A stretch of 64,000 nt of DNA from Eledone cirrhosa (Eukaryota): assembly GCA_964016885.1 (NCBI GenBank), contig OZ024755.1:37820001-37884000 (forward strand), written 5' to 3'. How positions within the stretch are numbered: the stretch's first letter is position 1; every line of letters starts with the position of its first letter. Positions 25,880 through 39,789 of the stretch are shown here, in pieces. Both the position numbers and the translations under genes were made by a program. Below the pieces are notes generated by a model. The model searched no databases. It was not told the origin of the DNA and was given only the letters and a program-made list of their open reading frames with translations.

Positions 25880-26392
25880 AGTGGTAGAGTGATGGTAGTA
25901 GTAGTAGTAGTATTGGGTGAGAGTGGAGGTAGTAGTAGTAGTGTTGGGTGAGAGTGGAGGTAGTAGTAGTGTTGGGTGAGGAGGTAGGTGGTAGTGGAGG
26001 TAGGGAGATAGTAGTAGTGTTGGGTGAGAAGGAAGGTGGTAGTGGAGGTAATAGTGTTGGGTGAGAGTGGAGGTAGTGGCAGTGTTGGGTGAGGAGGAAG
26101 GTGGTAGTGGGGGGAAGTAGTGGAGGTAGGGAGGTAGTAGTAGTGTTGGGTGAGAAGGAAGGTGGTAGTGGAGGTAGTAGTAGTGTTGGGTGAGAAGGTA
26201 GCCGTAGTGGAGGTAGTAGTAGTGTTGTGTGAGAGTGGAGGTAGTGGTAGTGTTGGGTGAGAAGGAAGGTGGTAGTAGTGGAGGTAGGGAGGTAGTAGTA
26301 GTGTTGTGTGAGAAGGAAGGTGGTAGGGAGGTAGTGGTAGTGTTGGGTGAGAAGGAAGGTGGTAGTGGAGGCAGTAGTGGAGGTAGGGAGGT
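25880..26392. repeat. G-rich (ggtagt/gggtgag) low-complexity tandem repeat
   Basis: Direct reading. Confidence 0.9.
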
Positions 26393-27478
26393 ATGTTTCT
26401 ATGGTTTGTTTCTGCTATAATAGATTTCTGTTAGAGTTTTTATTGATAACTTACAGATGTGAACTATTTTTCAATTCATCCTCCCTTACAATATCTTATC
26501 TTGTTAACCAATGTGGCTGTCCTTTGGAGGGATGACACACAAACTCCATTTAGATAAACACTAACATCTTTTCTAGATCTTTCTTATTTGAATACGTTTG
26601 TATTTGTTGTTTTGTATTTATCTTTCCTCTTACATAATATACAATAGCTGCACCATATGCAGGTGTCATTCAATTTAGAGAAACAGGTCTTATTCCCACC
26701 CTCAATACAGTTGCTACATTGTGTATACAACTTCCTGTTGTTGCCTTATCAGTTATTTTAATGTCTATATCATGAAGGAGCGTAAGTCTAGTGGTTTCGG
26801 TGTTGGGCTCACAACTACAGGTTGTGGGTTCAATTCCAAGACCACTTATGTTAATAGATAAATGAACTGAGATAAAAAAAAATATAATCTACAGCTCACA
26901 TCTATACAGGTTTAGCTGGCCCAGAGGGTCTCTTGGGTGTGTTAATGATAGAGCTCCCAATAGATTACATAGAATTTATTCTTGTGGAAAGAGTTAACTG
27001 TCTGTCTTTTGTCCACAGTTGTATAAAAAAGAATATGATGATATAAAGCATACAGAACAAAAACCCAAACAAATATGATATATACAAAGGAAATATGATA
27101 TATACAAAGGGAAAAAAAAGAGAGAAAAAACACATAAGCAGGTAATACACACATCTAGGACCATATACAACAAAAGGCAGGTGGAAGGGGTGGACAATGG
27201 AGCTACTACCAGAGCAAAAATTATCAATATTGTGAAGAGCACTGGGAAACCTCTCTAACGTCTCTTTTTTAAAAAATGGAAGATATACAAGTGTAATGTT
27301 TATATTTATGAAACAAACAACTGTCTTCTTGAAAACTATGAAAATGAAGGATGTTTGGATAATATTGGGGAAAGTAAATTTAATACAAATATATTTGTAT
27401 TGTTTTCTAATTTCCATTATATGTTTATGGAATGGATTTCTGTCTGGTTTGATGAGGACTGTTTGTGGAATTAGTAAT

Positions 27479-27930
27479 TAGCCCTTTAGCATTTACATTA
27501 TTCTATATTTACTATTGTATTTTCACAGTAAACATTCTATCTCGCATAATTACCACATATAATATGGAATCTATGCGATTTTGATATTTTTTCTTTTGAG
27601 AACAATACCTTAACATCAGTATGAGTGACCGGTACAGCTGCTTTGAACAGAAAGAGGTGAGAGAATTCTGGCTGGATTCAGCCAGTTTAACCCTTTAGCA
27701 TTTACATTACTCTATATATACTATTGTATTTTCACAGCAAAGGTTTTACCACACATGATTATCGCACATAATATTGAATTTATAAGATTTTGATATTATT
27801 TATTTTGAGAACAATACCTTAATATCAGTATGAGTGGCTGGTTACAACTGGTTTGAACAGAAAGAGGTGAGAGAATTCTGGCCGGATATGGCCGGTTTAA
27901 ATGCTAAAGGATTAAATACTAATGGGTTAA
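27479..27930. mobile_element. Nested pair of piggyBac-type MITEs (family 1)
   Basis: The second copy starts at TTAA ~27687 inside the first, just before its right end; the residual end ttaaatactaatgggttaa follows at ~27912-27930. Confidence 0.8.
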
Positions 27931-28855
27931 ATGGTTGAGCATTTCACAAACCTAAGTATCTTTAAAATAGTTCCTGGGGAGATTCAGTGTGATACTGCGT
28001 AACAAGGTTGGCTCTTTGAATTATTGGTACAGTTCATTTTTTCCAGCTGAGTGAACTGGAGCAATGTGAAATAAAGTGTCTCGCTCAAGGACACAATCTA
28101 TTGTCAAGAACGAAATTTACAACCTTGCAACCCGAAGCTGAATTCCCTAACCACTAAGCTATGTCCCTGATGTACCGTATATACTTGTAAAGTCAACCTT
28201 TGAATTATAGGTACAGTCTATCTTGTATTATGTAAGGGAAGGGGCTAAGTATTTTATTGATATGTGAACCCTTAACATAGTTCTGAGGGAGATTCAATAT
28301 TACACAATGTGTAACAAGGCTAGATCTATGAAACACAAGAACAGTTCATCTTCTATTATAGTGTTAATGGTGAGGGTGGTGGATTGGTAAAACATAAGAC
28401 AGGATTTCCAGCACATAGTTACATCCCTTTATGTTCTGAGTTTAAATTCCACTGAGGTTAGCTTTGCCCTTCATCATTTTGGAGTTGATAAAATAAAGTA
28501 CCAGTAATACACTGGGGTCGATTAATCAACTTTCCTCTCCTTCAAAATGGTTGGCCTTGTGCCTAAATCAGAAACATATTGTAAGTGGTAGAATGTTCTA
28601 TGCACATGTACCTTTAACATAATTCTTGGAGAAATTCAGCATGACAGTCTCTGGAAAGGCAGGACTTTACCATCTACCCAACAGTCTTCCAGACAGTTTC
28701 TGTTTAGCTAATTATATTGACATGGCTTCAGTTGATCCAAGGTTGTATCAGATGACACTTGCTTAAGATACTATACCGTGGGATTACTCTTAGGACCTTA
28801 GGATGGCTAAGTAAGCCTCTTAACCATTTGGTTATGTTGCTTGTATATGTTTAGA

Positions 28856-29240
28856 TAATTGTTTCTACTTTAGGCACAAGGCCAGCAAATACCCAGTGCA
28901 TTACTGGTACTTTATTTTATCGACCCCGTAAGGATGAAAGGCAAAGTCAACCTCGGCGGGATTTGAACTCACATCGTAAAGGGACGTAACTATGCTGGAA
29001 AGCATGACGTCCGACCCTCCATCGATAATGGTTTCTGATTTAGGCATGAGGCCAACCATTTGTGGGAGGGGAAAGTTGATTAAATTGACTCCAGTGTGTT
29101 ACTGGTACTTTATTTTATTGACTCTGTAAGGATGAAAGGCAAAGCAAACCTCAGCAGGATTTGAACTCAAAATGTCAAGGGCCGTAACTCTATGCTGCAA
29201 AGCATGTCTGACGCTCTACTGATACTGCCATTTCGCCACC
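28856..29240 (-). mobile_element. Two tandem SINE family A copies
   Basis: Reverse-complement cores at ~28900-28970 and ~29095-29170. Confidence 0.88.
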
Positions 29241-29618
29241 ATGTTTGTATATTAAAAATGGTTTCCCAAAGGAGAATGGAAGGGAACCACAGTTAAATAA
29301 GGTACTCAATACATTAGCAGAGAGTGTAGAATCCATTTCTATATGAAATATGTTTATATATGATGTAAGTGTGTGTGTCTATGAGAATCTGCATAAGCTA
29401 GCTCAATTAAACGCCTCATTTGACTTGTTCCATAACACCAGCAACCTGAAAAGAGGTGGGGGGAGAGTTGAAGAACAAAATTGTTTTAATTGAGGAATAA
29501 AGTGTCAGGTGGCAGTTCCTTCCTTCCTTTTATTTCTTTCTTCCTTCATCCTGTAAAGAAGAAAAAGCAGATTATATTCTGGGCTCTAATTTACTTCCTT
29601 GTTTTTTAGTCTTATTGT

Positions 29619-29675
<57 letters not shown>

Positions 29676-30991
29676 ACAGTTGTCATCATCGTCATCATTG
29701 TTTTAATGTCTTTTTCTCCATACAATCATGGGTTGAAGTGTTTCTACAGCTGGGGTCTCTTCTTAACAGCAGTCCACACTCCAGTAAAAACATTTACATT
29801 GATGTTAAGTCCCAGGTTAATACCAGATCAAGTAGACATTCCAGCCATAACTATCCTTCGTTTCTTCTCATAAATAGTATATCTAGGTTTCAGACTTTTT
29901 AAGAAGTGTATGACAACAGGTTATGATTTGAAGGACATTTAGCTGCTATTACTGCATAGAGGCTCTTTTGTTTTACCTAGACAATCAGTTATAAAGTGGT
30001 GGTTATAAACTTGGTAACATACTAGATCAATCTTCCTACATAAAAAAAGTAAAGATTTTAAAAGGTTCATGGGTGGTTATGGTAATGGCAGTGCTAAGAG
30101 TTTGTCCTAACTGAACTGGCGAAGGAATTTGAACAGCCATATATATATATACCTGTATACATGATGTGAGTCAAAGGAACTGGTTACAAAATCCAGTGAA
30201 TTATTGGGTTTAACCCTTTAATTGCCTTATTTCTAATGTAAGATACTACCTATGGTTCTTAATTAATTTGGAAAATAATCCATAATTTTCAGTAATTCAG
30301 TAATATAATTAACTTGTCATTATTAATCTAGTTTTTGGAATTTTGATGGAAGGTTTTTAAATAAATATAAACTCTTTAACACAAGCAGTTTGTATTGCAA
30401 AAGCAGAAGCTGTTTTAGGTGGTTTGGTATGAAAATTGTTAAATTCCAAAGTGTGTAATTGCTTCTACATCTGAAAGTAAAACAATTACTGATATAGCAT
30501 GCAGAGAAACTTTAATAGCTATAGTGTCAGACTTGCAACAAAAATTTGAGTAAAAACTGTATTTTGTTTGGCAACTAATGTTTAACTTTGCTCAGGGGGG
30601 GGGGGGGGGGGGGATGTTCAGGAAAAAATATCTTTAAACCCTCCTAATGTTGTAGTTGATGACTAATGTTTTAAAACTGAAAGGTGAGTGGTACACTTTC
30701 TGAATTTACACCTTACATTGCCATTAGAATGACAGGAAGAGAGAAGAAGGCTGCAGTTTGTAGGATGGGGGAAACAGGAGAAAGGGTCCCTTGTTGGTTT
30801 TGGAGCAGGAGAGAAGACATAGGCTGGAAGCCAAGAGGCAAAGATTAGCAGTAATTTGGTCAACACTGCTGACCCACCAGCAAGAGGGTGTTATGGTTGA
30901 GGGTCAAAACACCCAATGAACATTGGACACCATTTGAAGGCATCAACAGCTCCTGACCAAGGCTATATTCACCAAAGGTGAATGAATATGA

Positions 30992-31097
30992 ATCACTTTC
31001 CTGACATTTGTACATTATTCTACGTACTATACATGCACCTTTGATGAGTTGTAGTGTATCTGAGCACTGTACACAATAATTTCATTATTATTATTAT
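30992..31097 (+). mobile_element. CR1-type LINE 3' UTR stub
   Basis: Matches 36985-37084 (catgcacctttga..gagcactgtacacaataatttcattattatt). Confidence 0.8.
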
Positions 31098-31428
31098 TTC
31101 TCTTCTTGAAGATGTAACTATGCCTAATTCATTCTTGTTGAATAATAATCATATTTCTACATTTACAATTGATTTAGTGCCACTGAATGAGGAGGGATCA
31201 TTAGCCTATCAAATCTGTGCTCTGGCATTCTCTGTGTTTTCAGTTGTGTTGTAGCTGTAAGGGCAACTGGCTGATTCTGTCATGGTTTAGCAGAAATGTC
31301 TGAAATTCAATTGTTTATAGTATTACTTGTGAACATTTGACCAAAGACTAACATTTCATGTGATGCAGTGAATTATGCTAAAAATAACATTGCATGTGCA
31401 TAGTTGTTAATATATAATTAGAAAAGAT

Positions 31429-31770
31429 GAAGGCACATGGCTTAGTGGTTAGAGCATTGGCCTTGCAATCAAAAGGTTGTGAGTTCAATTCTCAGACCGG
31501 GTAATGTGTTGTTTCCTTGAGCAAGACACTTTATTTCACATTGCTCCAGTTTACTCAGCTGTAGAAATGAGATGATAGAACTGGGGTCCCTATCATTCCA
31601 CTGTAAAGTGGTCGTGGAGGTGCCACGGCAAAAAAGCACCCAGCACTCACTGTAAATGAGGTTGGTGTTAGGAAGGGCATCCAGCTGTAGAAATCAAGCC
31701 AGAATCAGTTCCTGTCCCACCCTTGCAAGCAGGGAAAAGTGGATGTAAAATGATGATGATGATGATGATG
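31429..31770 (+). mobile_element. SINE family B
   Basis: Full-length copy with (gat)n tail. Confidence 0.92.
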
Positions 31771-31789
31771 TTGCATTTAGAATATATGA

Positions 31790-32110
31790 TGCCACGACAA
31801 AAAGCACCCGATGCACACTGTAAAGTGGTCTTGTAGGTGTCACGACAAAAAGTACCCAGTCCACACTGTAAAGTGGTCATGTAGGTGTCACAACAAAAAG
31901 TACCCAGTCCACACTGTAAAGTGGTCAAGTAGGTGTCACGACAAAAAATACCCAGTCCACACTGTAAAGTGGTCATGTAGGTAACACAACAAAAAGTACC
32001 CAGTCCACACTGTAAAGTGGTCATGTAGGTGTCACAACAAAAAGTACCCAGTACTCACTGTAAAATGGTTATGTAGGTGTCACAACAAAAAGTACCCAGT
32101 ACTCACTGTA
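31790..32110. repeat. 48-bp tandem repeat (~6.5 copies) of an internal SINE segment
   Basis: Unit gtcacaacaaaaagtacccagtccacactgtaaagtggtcatgtaggt; runs on into a SINE tail ending ~32255. Confidence 0.9.
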
Positions 32111-32652
32111 AATGAGGTTGGCGTTAGAAAGGGCAAAATCAGTTCTGTATAAGCAAAGTATGGTCACCTGACCTAGCATTGGAAACAACAGGACAACTCG
32201 TCTAACCCATGCTAGAGTGGAAGAATGGATGTAGAACGGTGATGAAGATGATGTAAAGAAAAGTGCTAATTATATATTAAATGTAATAACACACTATCAT
32301 ACATAAACCACAGAATCTCCAAAAGCAAAATATGTTATCAACTATTAATTTATTAATGAAGTTGTTGATATTTGTGATCATTGATAGACTTTACTGTGGA
32401 CATGTTTCTAAAGAGAAATATTCGGGGGAAAATTCTAGAAAAACTAAATTGATAAAATTCTATAAAATATAACATAGATTGTTCACATTTTAACCCTGAG
32501 CAGCTGAACATTGGAAGATTTAATTAGAGTTATCAACTCTTAAATTAGAAAGTCCATCACTTCCTTCAAATCTGATTCAAACATACTGAAGTTGTTTAGT
32601 GTTCGAGAATGTCTTGTAACTGCATTCCAGTGCAGTGCAGGATGTTAAGAAT

Positions 32653-32884
32653 TAACCCTTTACCATTTATTATACATTACTCTATATTTACTATTGTATT
32701 TTCACGGTAAACCCTTTATCTCACATAATTATCCCACATAATATTGAATTTATAAGATATGTATGTTATTTATTTTGAGAACAATACCTTAACATAAGAA
32801 TGAGCAGCCAGTAATGGATTGTTTGAACAGAAAGAGGTGAGAAATGTTGGCCAGATATGGCTGGTTTAAATGCTATAGGGTTAA
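32653..32884. mobile_element. piggyBac-type MITE family 1
   Basis: TTAA|ccctttaccattta ... taaatgctataggg|TTAA. Confidence 0.85.
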
Positions 32885-32977
32885 GGTAGGGTTAAACTTG
32901 GCTCTACAAACTGATAAAATATTAGTAATTTTCTACAGTCCTATTGCTGCTCAATGAATTCCTGCCTTTTGACACCC

Positions 32978-34560
32978 ATTTCCAGCTAGATGGTCCTATA
33001 CACAATATAATATCCATGGCAATGTTTCAGCTAGATGGTCCTATACACAATATAATACCCAGGGCAATGTTTCAGCTAGATGGTCATATACACAATATAA
33101 TATCCATGGCAATGTTTCAGCTAGATGGTCCTATACACAATATAATACCCAGGGCAATGTTTCAGCTAGATGGTCATATACACAATATAATATCCATGGC
33201 AATGTTTCAGCTAGATGGTCCTATACACAATATAATACCCAGGGCGATGTTTCAGCTAGATGGTCATATACACAATATAATATCCATGGCAATGTTTCAG
33301 CTAGATGGTCATATACACAATATAATACCCAGGGCAATGTTTCAGCTAGATGGTCCGATACACAATATAATACCCAGGGCAATGTTTCAGCTAGATGGTC
33401 CTATACACAATATAATATCCATGGCAATGTTTCAGCTAGATGGTCATATACACAATATAATACCCATGGCAATGTTTCAGCTAGATGGTCATATACACAA
33501 TATAATACCCAGGGCAATGTTTCAGCTAGATGGTCCTATACACAATATAATATCCATGGCAATGTTTCAGCTAGATGGTCATATACACAATATAATACCC
33601 ATGGCAATGTTTCAGCTAGATGGTCATATACACAATATAATACCCAGGGCAATGTTTCAGCTAGATGGTCCTATACACAATATAATACCCAGGGCAATGT
33701 TTCAGCTAGATGGTCATATACACAATATAATACCCAGGGCAATGTTTCAGCTAGATGGTCATATACACAATATAATATCCATGGCAATGTTTCAGCTAGA
33801 TGGTCATATACACAATATAATACCCAGGGCAATGTTTCAGCTAGATGGTCCTATACACAATATAATACCCAGGGCAATGTTTCAGCTAGATGGTCCTATA
33901 CACAATATAATATCCATGGCAATGTTTCAGCTAGATGGTCATATACACAATATAATACCTAGGGCAATGTTTCAGCTAGATGGTCCTATACACAATATAA
34001 TATCCATGGCAATGTTTTAGCTAGATGGTCCTATACACAATATAATACCCATGGCAATGTTTCAGCTAGATGGTCATATACACAATATAATTCCCAGGGC
34101 AATGTTTCAGCTAGATGGTCCTATACACAATATAATACCCAGGGCAATGTTTCAGCTAGATGGTCATATACACAATATAATACCCAGGGCAATGTTTCAG
34201 CTAGATGGTCATATACACAATATAATATCCAGAGCAATGTTTCAGCTAGATGGTCATATACACAATATAATACCCAGGGCAATGTTTCAGCTAGATGGTT
34301 ATATACACAATATAATACCCAGGGCAATGTTTCAGCTAGATGGTCCTATACACAATATAATATCCATGGCAATGTTTCAGCTAGATGGTCATATACACAA
34401 TATAATACCCATGGCAATGTTTCAGCTAGATGGTCCTATACACAATATAATACCCAGGGCAATGTTTCAGCTAGATGGTCATATACACAATATAATACCC
34501 ATGGCAATGTTTCAGCTAGATGGTCCTATACACAATATAATACCCAGGGCAATGTTTCAA
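32978..34560. repeat. 45-bp minisatellite, ~35 copies
   Basis: Unit atgtttcagctagatggtc(a/c)tatacacaatataata(c/t)cca(g/t)ggca; gives the 15-aa repeat ORFs. Confidence 0.97.
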
Positions 34561-34684
34561 CTACTATCTTCTCAACAGCTACTACTCTATTGTCCATTTA
34601 CAGTAACTGTTTCCATTAGTCTTCACATTGCTGATAACTATTTATTGGTCACAACTCCTAGCAGGAGATAGGATTTAAACTCAG

Positions 34685-35277
34685 AATGCAAATCACATAT
34701 TGCAAACCATCCTAGATTTTGCCAACCCCCTGCCTCTGGACTGGTGTTCTGTCGACCCCAAAGGGATGAATGCAGATCACATATTGCAAACCATCCTAGA
34801 TTTTGCCAACCCCTTGCCTCTGGACTGGTGTTTTGTCAACCCCAAAGGGATGAATGCAAAGCACATATTGCAAACCATCCTAGATTTTGCCAACCCCTTG
34901 CCTCTGGACTGGTGTTTTGTCAACCCCAAAGGGATGAATGCAAAGCACATATTGCAAACCATCCTAGATTTTGCCAACCCCTTGCCTCTGGACTGGTGTT
35001 TTGTCAACCCCAAAGGGATGAATGCAAAGCACATATTGCAAACCATCCTAGATTTTGCCAACCCCCTGCCTCTGGACTGGTGTTCTGTCAACCCCAAAGG
35101 GATGAATGCAAATCACATATTGCAAACCATCCTAGATTTTGCCAACCCCCTGCCTCTGGACGAGTGTTCTGTCGACCCCAAAGGGATGAATGCAAATCAC
35201 ATATTGCAAACCATCCTAGATTTTGCCAACCCCCTGCCTCTGGACGAGTGTTCTGTCGACCCCAAAGAGATGAAAGG
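34685..35277. repeat. 84-bp minisatellite, ~7 copies, SINE-derived
   Basis: ttgcaaaccatcctag recurs at 34700, 34784 and so on; the last unit runs into SINE A gtcgaccccaaagagatgaaaggcaaagttg. Confidence 0.95.
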
Positions 35278-36279
35278 CAAAGTTGGACCATAGCAGGATT
35301 TGAATTTACTACCCACAAAACCGGATCAAATCCGCAATGTATTCTGTCTGTCTGCAACAGTTTCACCAATTTTCCACTGCATTTAACCCCCATCTAATTA
35401 TCCATATTTCCAGTCTAAGAAAAAAACAACAAAAATTACAAAAAAAAAAACAACAAACAACCCCAATATATTAATGTTATTTCCTTTCTTTCCTTTGGGA
35501 CTAATTAATAACACAAAATATTGACTTGTTGATAGTTTTACCACCTTACTGTAACTAAATACCTAAAAACTAAACATTAATTTAGTGAGGTTTGCTTCCA
35601 TTATATACTGTTTATCCTTTGATATCTCTCTTAGTGTTCCATTAAATATGAAATGTGTTGATTGCCATCTGGCACCAGTTTCTTTAATCCTTCTGTTACC
35701 ACGTTCCTAATATAATATACAGTACTTGAATGAATTAATGAAGCATTTGAAGGTTTTACTAACATTTTTATTTCATTATTAAGATGGCATTTGTAATATA
35801 ACATAAAAGGTTCTTATATCAAATTATACCAAAAGGTTTTAGTTTGAATAGGAATGGGTGATTTTGTATCATAGAACCAGGGGTTGTATTTGGTGGGCTG
35901 CTATCAAAAAGGTTAAACACCTACCTGTCTGAAATTGTCTCTATATAGTGTTGAAATCTAAATTCAAATCTGGGACTGAAATTTCAGTATTACATGCCAG
36001 ATAATGTTAGATTTCAGTTTAATATTTGTCTATTATTTTTCAGCTGAAAGTTATTTATTTCACTAAGTTTTTCATAATTCTTGATTGTGTTGATAATTAA
36101 GATATAGAGGCAGTATATTCTTGGTTAATATAATTTGATATGTGTAAACAATGAAGCATGAATGAACTGAGAGAAAAACTGGATGTAAGAGGAATCAGAG
36201 TGTGCAAGAGAGAGGATTGTGCTGGTATGGACATGTGATATGTATGGATGATGATGGCTAGAAGAAGTCTTCTTGTGAA

Positions 36280-37084
36280 TGTGACCTGGGCATTACGGTC
36301 AGCAGCGATTTGCGTTGGACGAAGCATGTCTCTAAAATTGTCAAGAGGGCTGAGGGTGTCTTAGCATCACTCAGCAAGACCTTTGTCAGCCGCTCTACAG
36401 CTATCTATTTAAGGCTGTACATGGCTATGGTGCGGCCACACTTAGAATTTGCATCACCAGTCTGGAACCTCTATCTTCCTCAGAACATTGACCGCCTGGA
36501 AACTGTTCAGAGACGTGCAACCAAGCGAATAGCCTCCATCAGGCATCTACCATACTCTGAACGCCTTGCTTCCCTGGGCATGGATACATTGAAGCTCCGA
36601 CGCCTGGCAACTGACTTGGTAAACACCCACAAAATTGTTAACCATCTTGCCAACAACAACCCTGAGTACCTTTTTGATTACCATGTGTCTAACACACGTG
36701 GACATGCCCACAAAGTCAGAAAACAGCACAGTTCCCATGACTTTCGGAAACATCTTTTCACGCTCTGAGTTGCTGAAGCATGGAACAAACTACCTGCATC
36801 AGTTGATAGCTGTCGGGACACTGCATCCTTTAAAACCTCCATGGAACAAACTACCTGCATCAGTTGTTAGCTGTCGGGACACTGCATCCTTTAAAACCTC
36901 CATGCTTCCCGAGATTCGCCAACACTACACCTAATGTTCCCCTCCACACACATACACACATGTATATCATGATTCATACACTATTCATTCCCTGATATTT
37001 GTATATTGTTCTATGTAGTATACATGCACCTTTGACGAGTTGTGGTGCACCTGAGCACTGTACACAATAATTTCATTATTATTA
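36280..37084 (+). mobile_element. 5'-truncated CR1-clade LINE (ORF2 C-terminus plus 3' UTR)
   Basis: ORF 36310..36768: LYMAMVRPHLEFASPVWN...LETVQRRATK...YSERL...TRGH; ~61-bp internal duplication at 36779-36903; (att)n tail; inserted in an RTE remnant (36145-36270, 37085-37280). Confidence 0.92.
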
Positions 37085-38181
37085 TGTGAAGAAGTGTCAA
37101 AGAAACTGAAAAGGAAGAACACCATAAAAGACTTGGGTGGAGGTGGTGAGCGTTGATCTCAAATCACTGAAGCTGACAGAGGAGTTGATGAATGACCATG
37201 ATGAGTGGTGAGAGACTGTGTTGGAAAAGACCTGTCCAACCCATGCAAGCATGGAAAAGCAGATGTAAAATAGGATGATGGATAATCTAAAAAAAAATAT
37301 AGAAAAAAACAAATACATCGAGGGAGTCCCTGAGTGGGCATAGCACTTCAAAAGAGTTAAGGCTTCAACATTGTGGTCCCTATTTTAATAATTGGAGATT
37401 TACTTGCTACACTGATCATGTCAAACATCTACATAACTGCTTACTCAATGGCTTATATAGAATTTGATGAGTGTTTGGTCAGTGGAACAGCATACTTATT
37501 AATGTCACAAAACATTCTGGTTTTGGCTTAGCCTTCCTAGCTGGATGTCCTTCCTATCACTAACCAATGTACAGAGTACACTGGGTGCATTTTATTATAG
37601 CAAAAAGATCAGGAATTTTGGCACAAACAAAGAGTCCTTTCCACCCTTTGTTTGGCATGATTTCTATGGCTGGAAGCCCTTCATGACACCTTCATGGCTG
37701 TGTGTATATAATACACAGCATATATAGTTAGGATTTTCTAATGCTAGGTGCCATTGATCAGCTGGGAGATAATTAATATTTGCTATAATCACCAGGAAAT
37801 GATCTCTGTAAATCTCAATTGAATGTTAACCAGCCATATCTGGCCAAAATTCTCTCATCTCTTTCTGTTCAAACCAGTCATAACTGGCCACTCATAATAA
37901 CATTAAGATATTGATCTCAAAATAAATAATATCAAAATCTCATAAATTCAATATTATGTGAGATAAAGCTTTTACTGCGAAAATATAATAGTAAATATAG
38001 ATTTATGTAAATGGTAAATGGTTAAAGAAATAACTATTCCTGTAAAGAAATTATTATTTTTAAATGTACTTGTGTGTGTGTTTATAAATATATACATATC
38101 AACTTCATCATTTAACATCCATTTTTTTCATGCTGGTATATGTTGGACTATACATATATACATATATACATATCTACACAT

Positions 38182-38213
<32 letters not shown>

Positions 38214-38579
38214 CAAAAGGAAATTCTTTAACATCCTCAGAAGAAATTCATTTAGATAGGAAAGGGTATATATAGGACAGTATTTATTTTTAATGATACT
38301 TTATCTGAGTAAGATATAAGGGCTGACCATAAATAGTTTTATGTCACATTCTTTCAAGAACCCAACTTCAACCAAATTGCCAGACCAGACTACTACTTTT
38401 ATCTATAGAAGATGCCTGTCTTGATTTAATCATAACATCTGGGCTTCTAATTATAAGGAATTTATTTATCTGTTTAATTGACATATGAAAGTTGTATTCT
38501 CAGTTCAAACTATGTCCTTAAGCTATATAAACTCTACTCTGAATGAATAAATAGTTCACTAATACACAACACTAGTAAT

Positions 38580-38920
38580 AATAATTGTTTCTACTTTTGG
38601 CACAAGGCCAGCAATAACCCAGTACATTACTGGTACTTTATCGACCCCGTAAGGATGAAAGGCAAAGTTAACCTCGGCGGGATGTGAACTCAGACCGTAA
38701 AGGGCCGTAACTCTTTGTTTGCAATGCATGGCGTCCGACCCTCTACCGATACTGCCAATCCACCGTCTGCCAATCCATACTAGTAATAATAATTGTTTCT
38801 ACTTTAGGCACAAGGCCAGCAATTACCCAGTACATTACTGGTACTTTATTTTTTCGACCCCGTAAGGATGAAAGGCAAAGTTAACCGCGGCGGGATTTGA
38901 ACTCAGAATGACAAGGGCCT
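38580..38920 (-). mobile_element. Two SINE family A copies
   Basis: Reverse-complement copies, both preceded by actagtaataataat. Confidence 0.88.
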
Positions 38921-39206
38921 TTTGTTAAAGATTTCTAACCTAGGAACACCTCCACATATATTTTAGCTGGAGTGGGGCTGGGTGGGCTATGGTAAGGTTG
39001 GGGGTTGAGTGGATTGAGGTGGGTTAGGGTATGGGTGCAGTTGATTAGATTCTCTCCCTTGATTGTTACCTGTTTTATCGGAGCTTGAGGATAAAAGGCA
39101 AAGATGACCCCTAAGGAATTTGAATTCTGAATGTAAAAGAATGTAACCAAATATGGTAAAGTCTTTTGTCTAGTGGTTTGGTCATCCACTTTTCTAATTC
39201 ATGATA

Positions 39207-39580
39207 ATAATAATTGTTTCTACTTTTGGCACAAGGCCAGCAATTATCCCAGTGCATTACTGGTACTTTATTTTATCGACCCCGTGAGGATGAAAGGCAA
39301 AGTTAACCTCGGTGGGATTTGAACTCAGTCTGTAAAGGGCCAAAACTCTATGCTGCAAAGCATGGCGTCTGACGCTCTACCGATACTGCCAATCCATTGG
39401 TAATAATCCTAATAATGCTGCTTGTAATTATTATTATTATTGGCAGAATTAGTAGAGTGTCGGACACCATGCTTTGTGGCATATAGTTACGGCCCTTTAT
39501 AATCTGAGTTCAAATCCTGCCGAGGTTAACTTTGCACTGTGTGTAATTGCTGGCCTTGTGCCAAAAGTAGAAACAATTAT
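39207..39580. mobile_element. Divergent (head-to-head) pair of SINE family A copies
   Basis: Minus copy at 39207-39398; plus copy with internal deletion at 39440-39580. Confidence 0.85.
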
Positions 39581-39789
39581 TATCATTAATATTAGGGCAG
39601 TATTGGTAGAGCATTGGAAGAAGTGTTTTGTGGTATTTGTTCTGTAAATACAGTTTGCTACTTTACTTGTAGTTGCATTTAAATATTTTAAAACACTGAA
39701 CTAATCACATTCAATGCTAAAACAGTGTAGCGCACTCCGATTCTATGATCTCTGGTATGGAAATATTAATTGGTGGTTTTAACCCTTTA

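Noticed and set aside
29500-29570. Minus-strand terminal exon after a strong acceptor (ttttttcttctttacag)
   Set aside because: Only a short low-complexity frame follows, with no partner exon or homology; the same applies to the 38-nt minus-strand candidate at 11141-11178
32944-34671. 358-aa and 206-aa repeat-protein ORFs
   Set aside because: They result from a 45-bp unit lacking a stop in one frame; the start is non-ATG, a TAG interrupts at 34018-34020, and unit variants are non-synonymous
36310-36768. Host protein-coding gene (152 aa)
   Set aside because: It is a CR1-type LINE ORF2 C-terminal fragment, 5'-truncated with a premature stop
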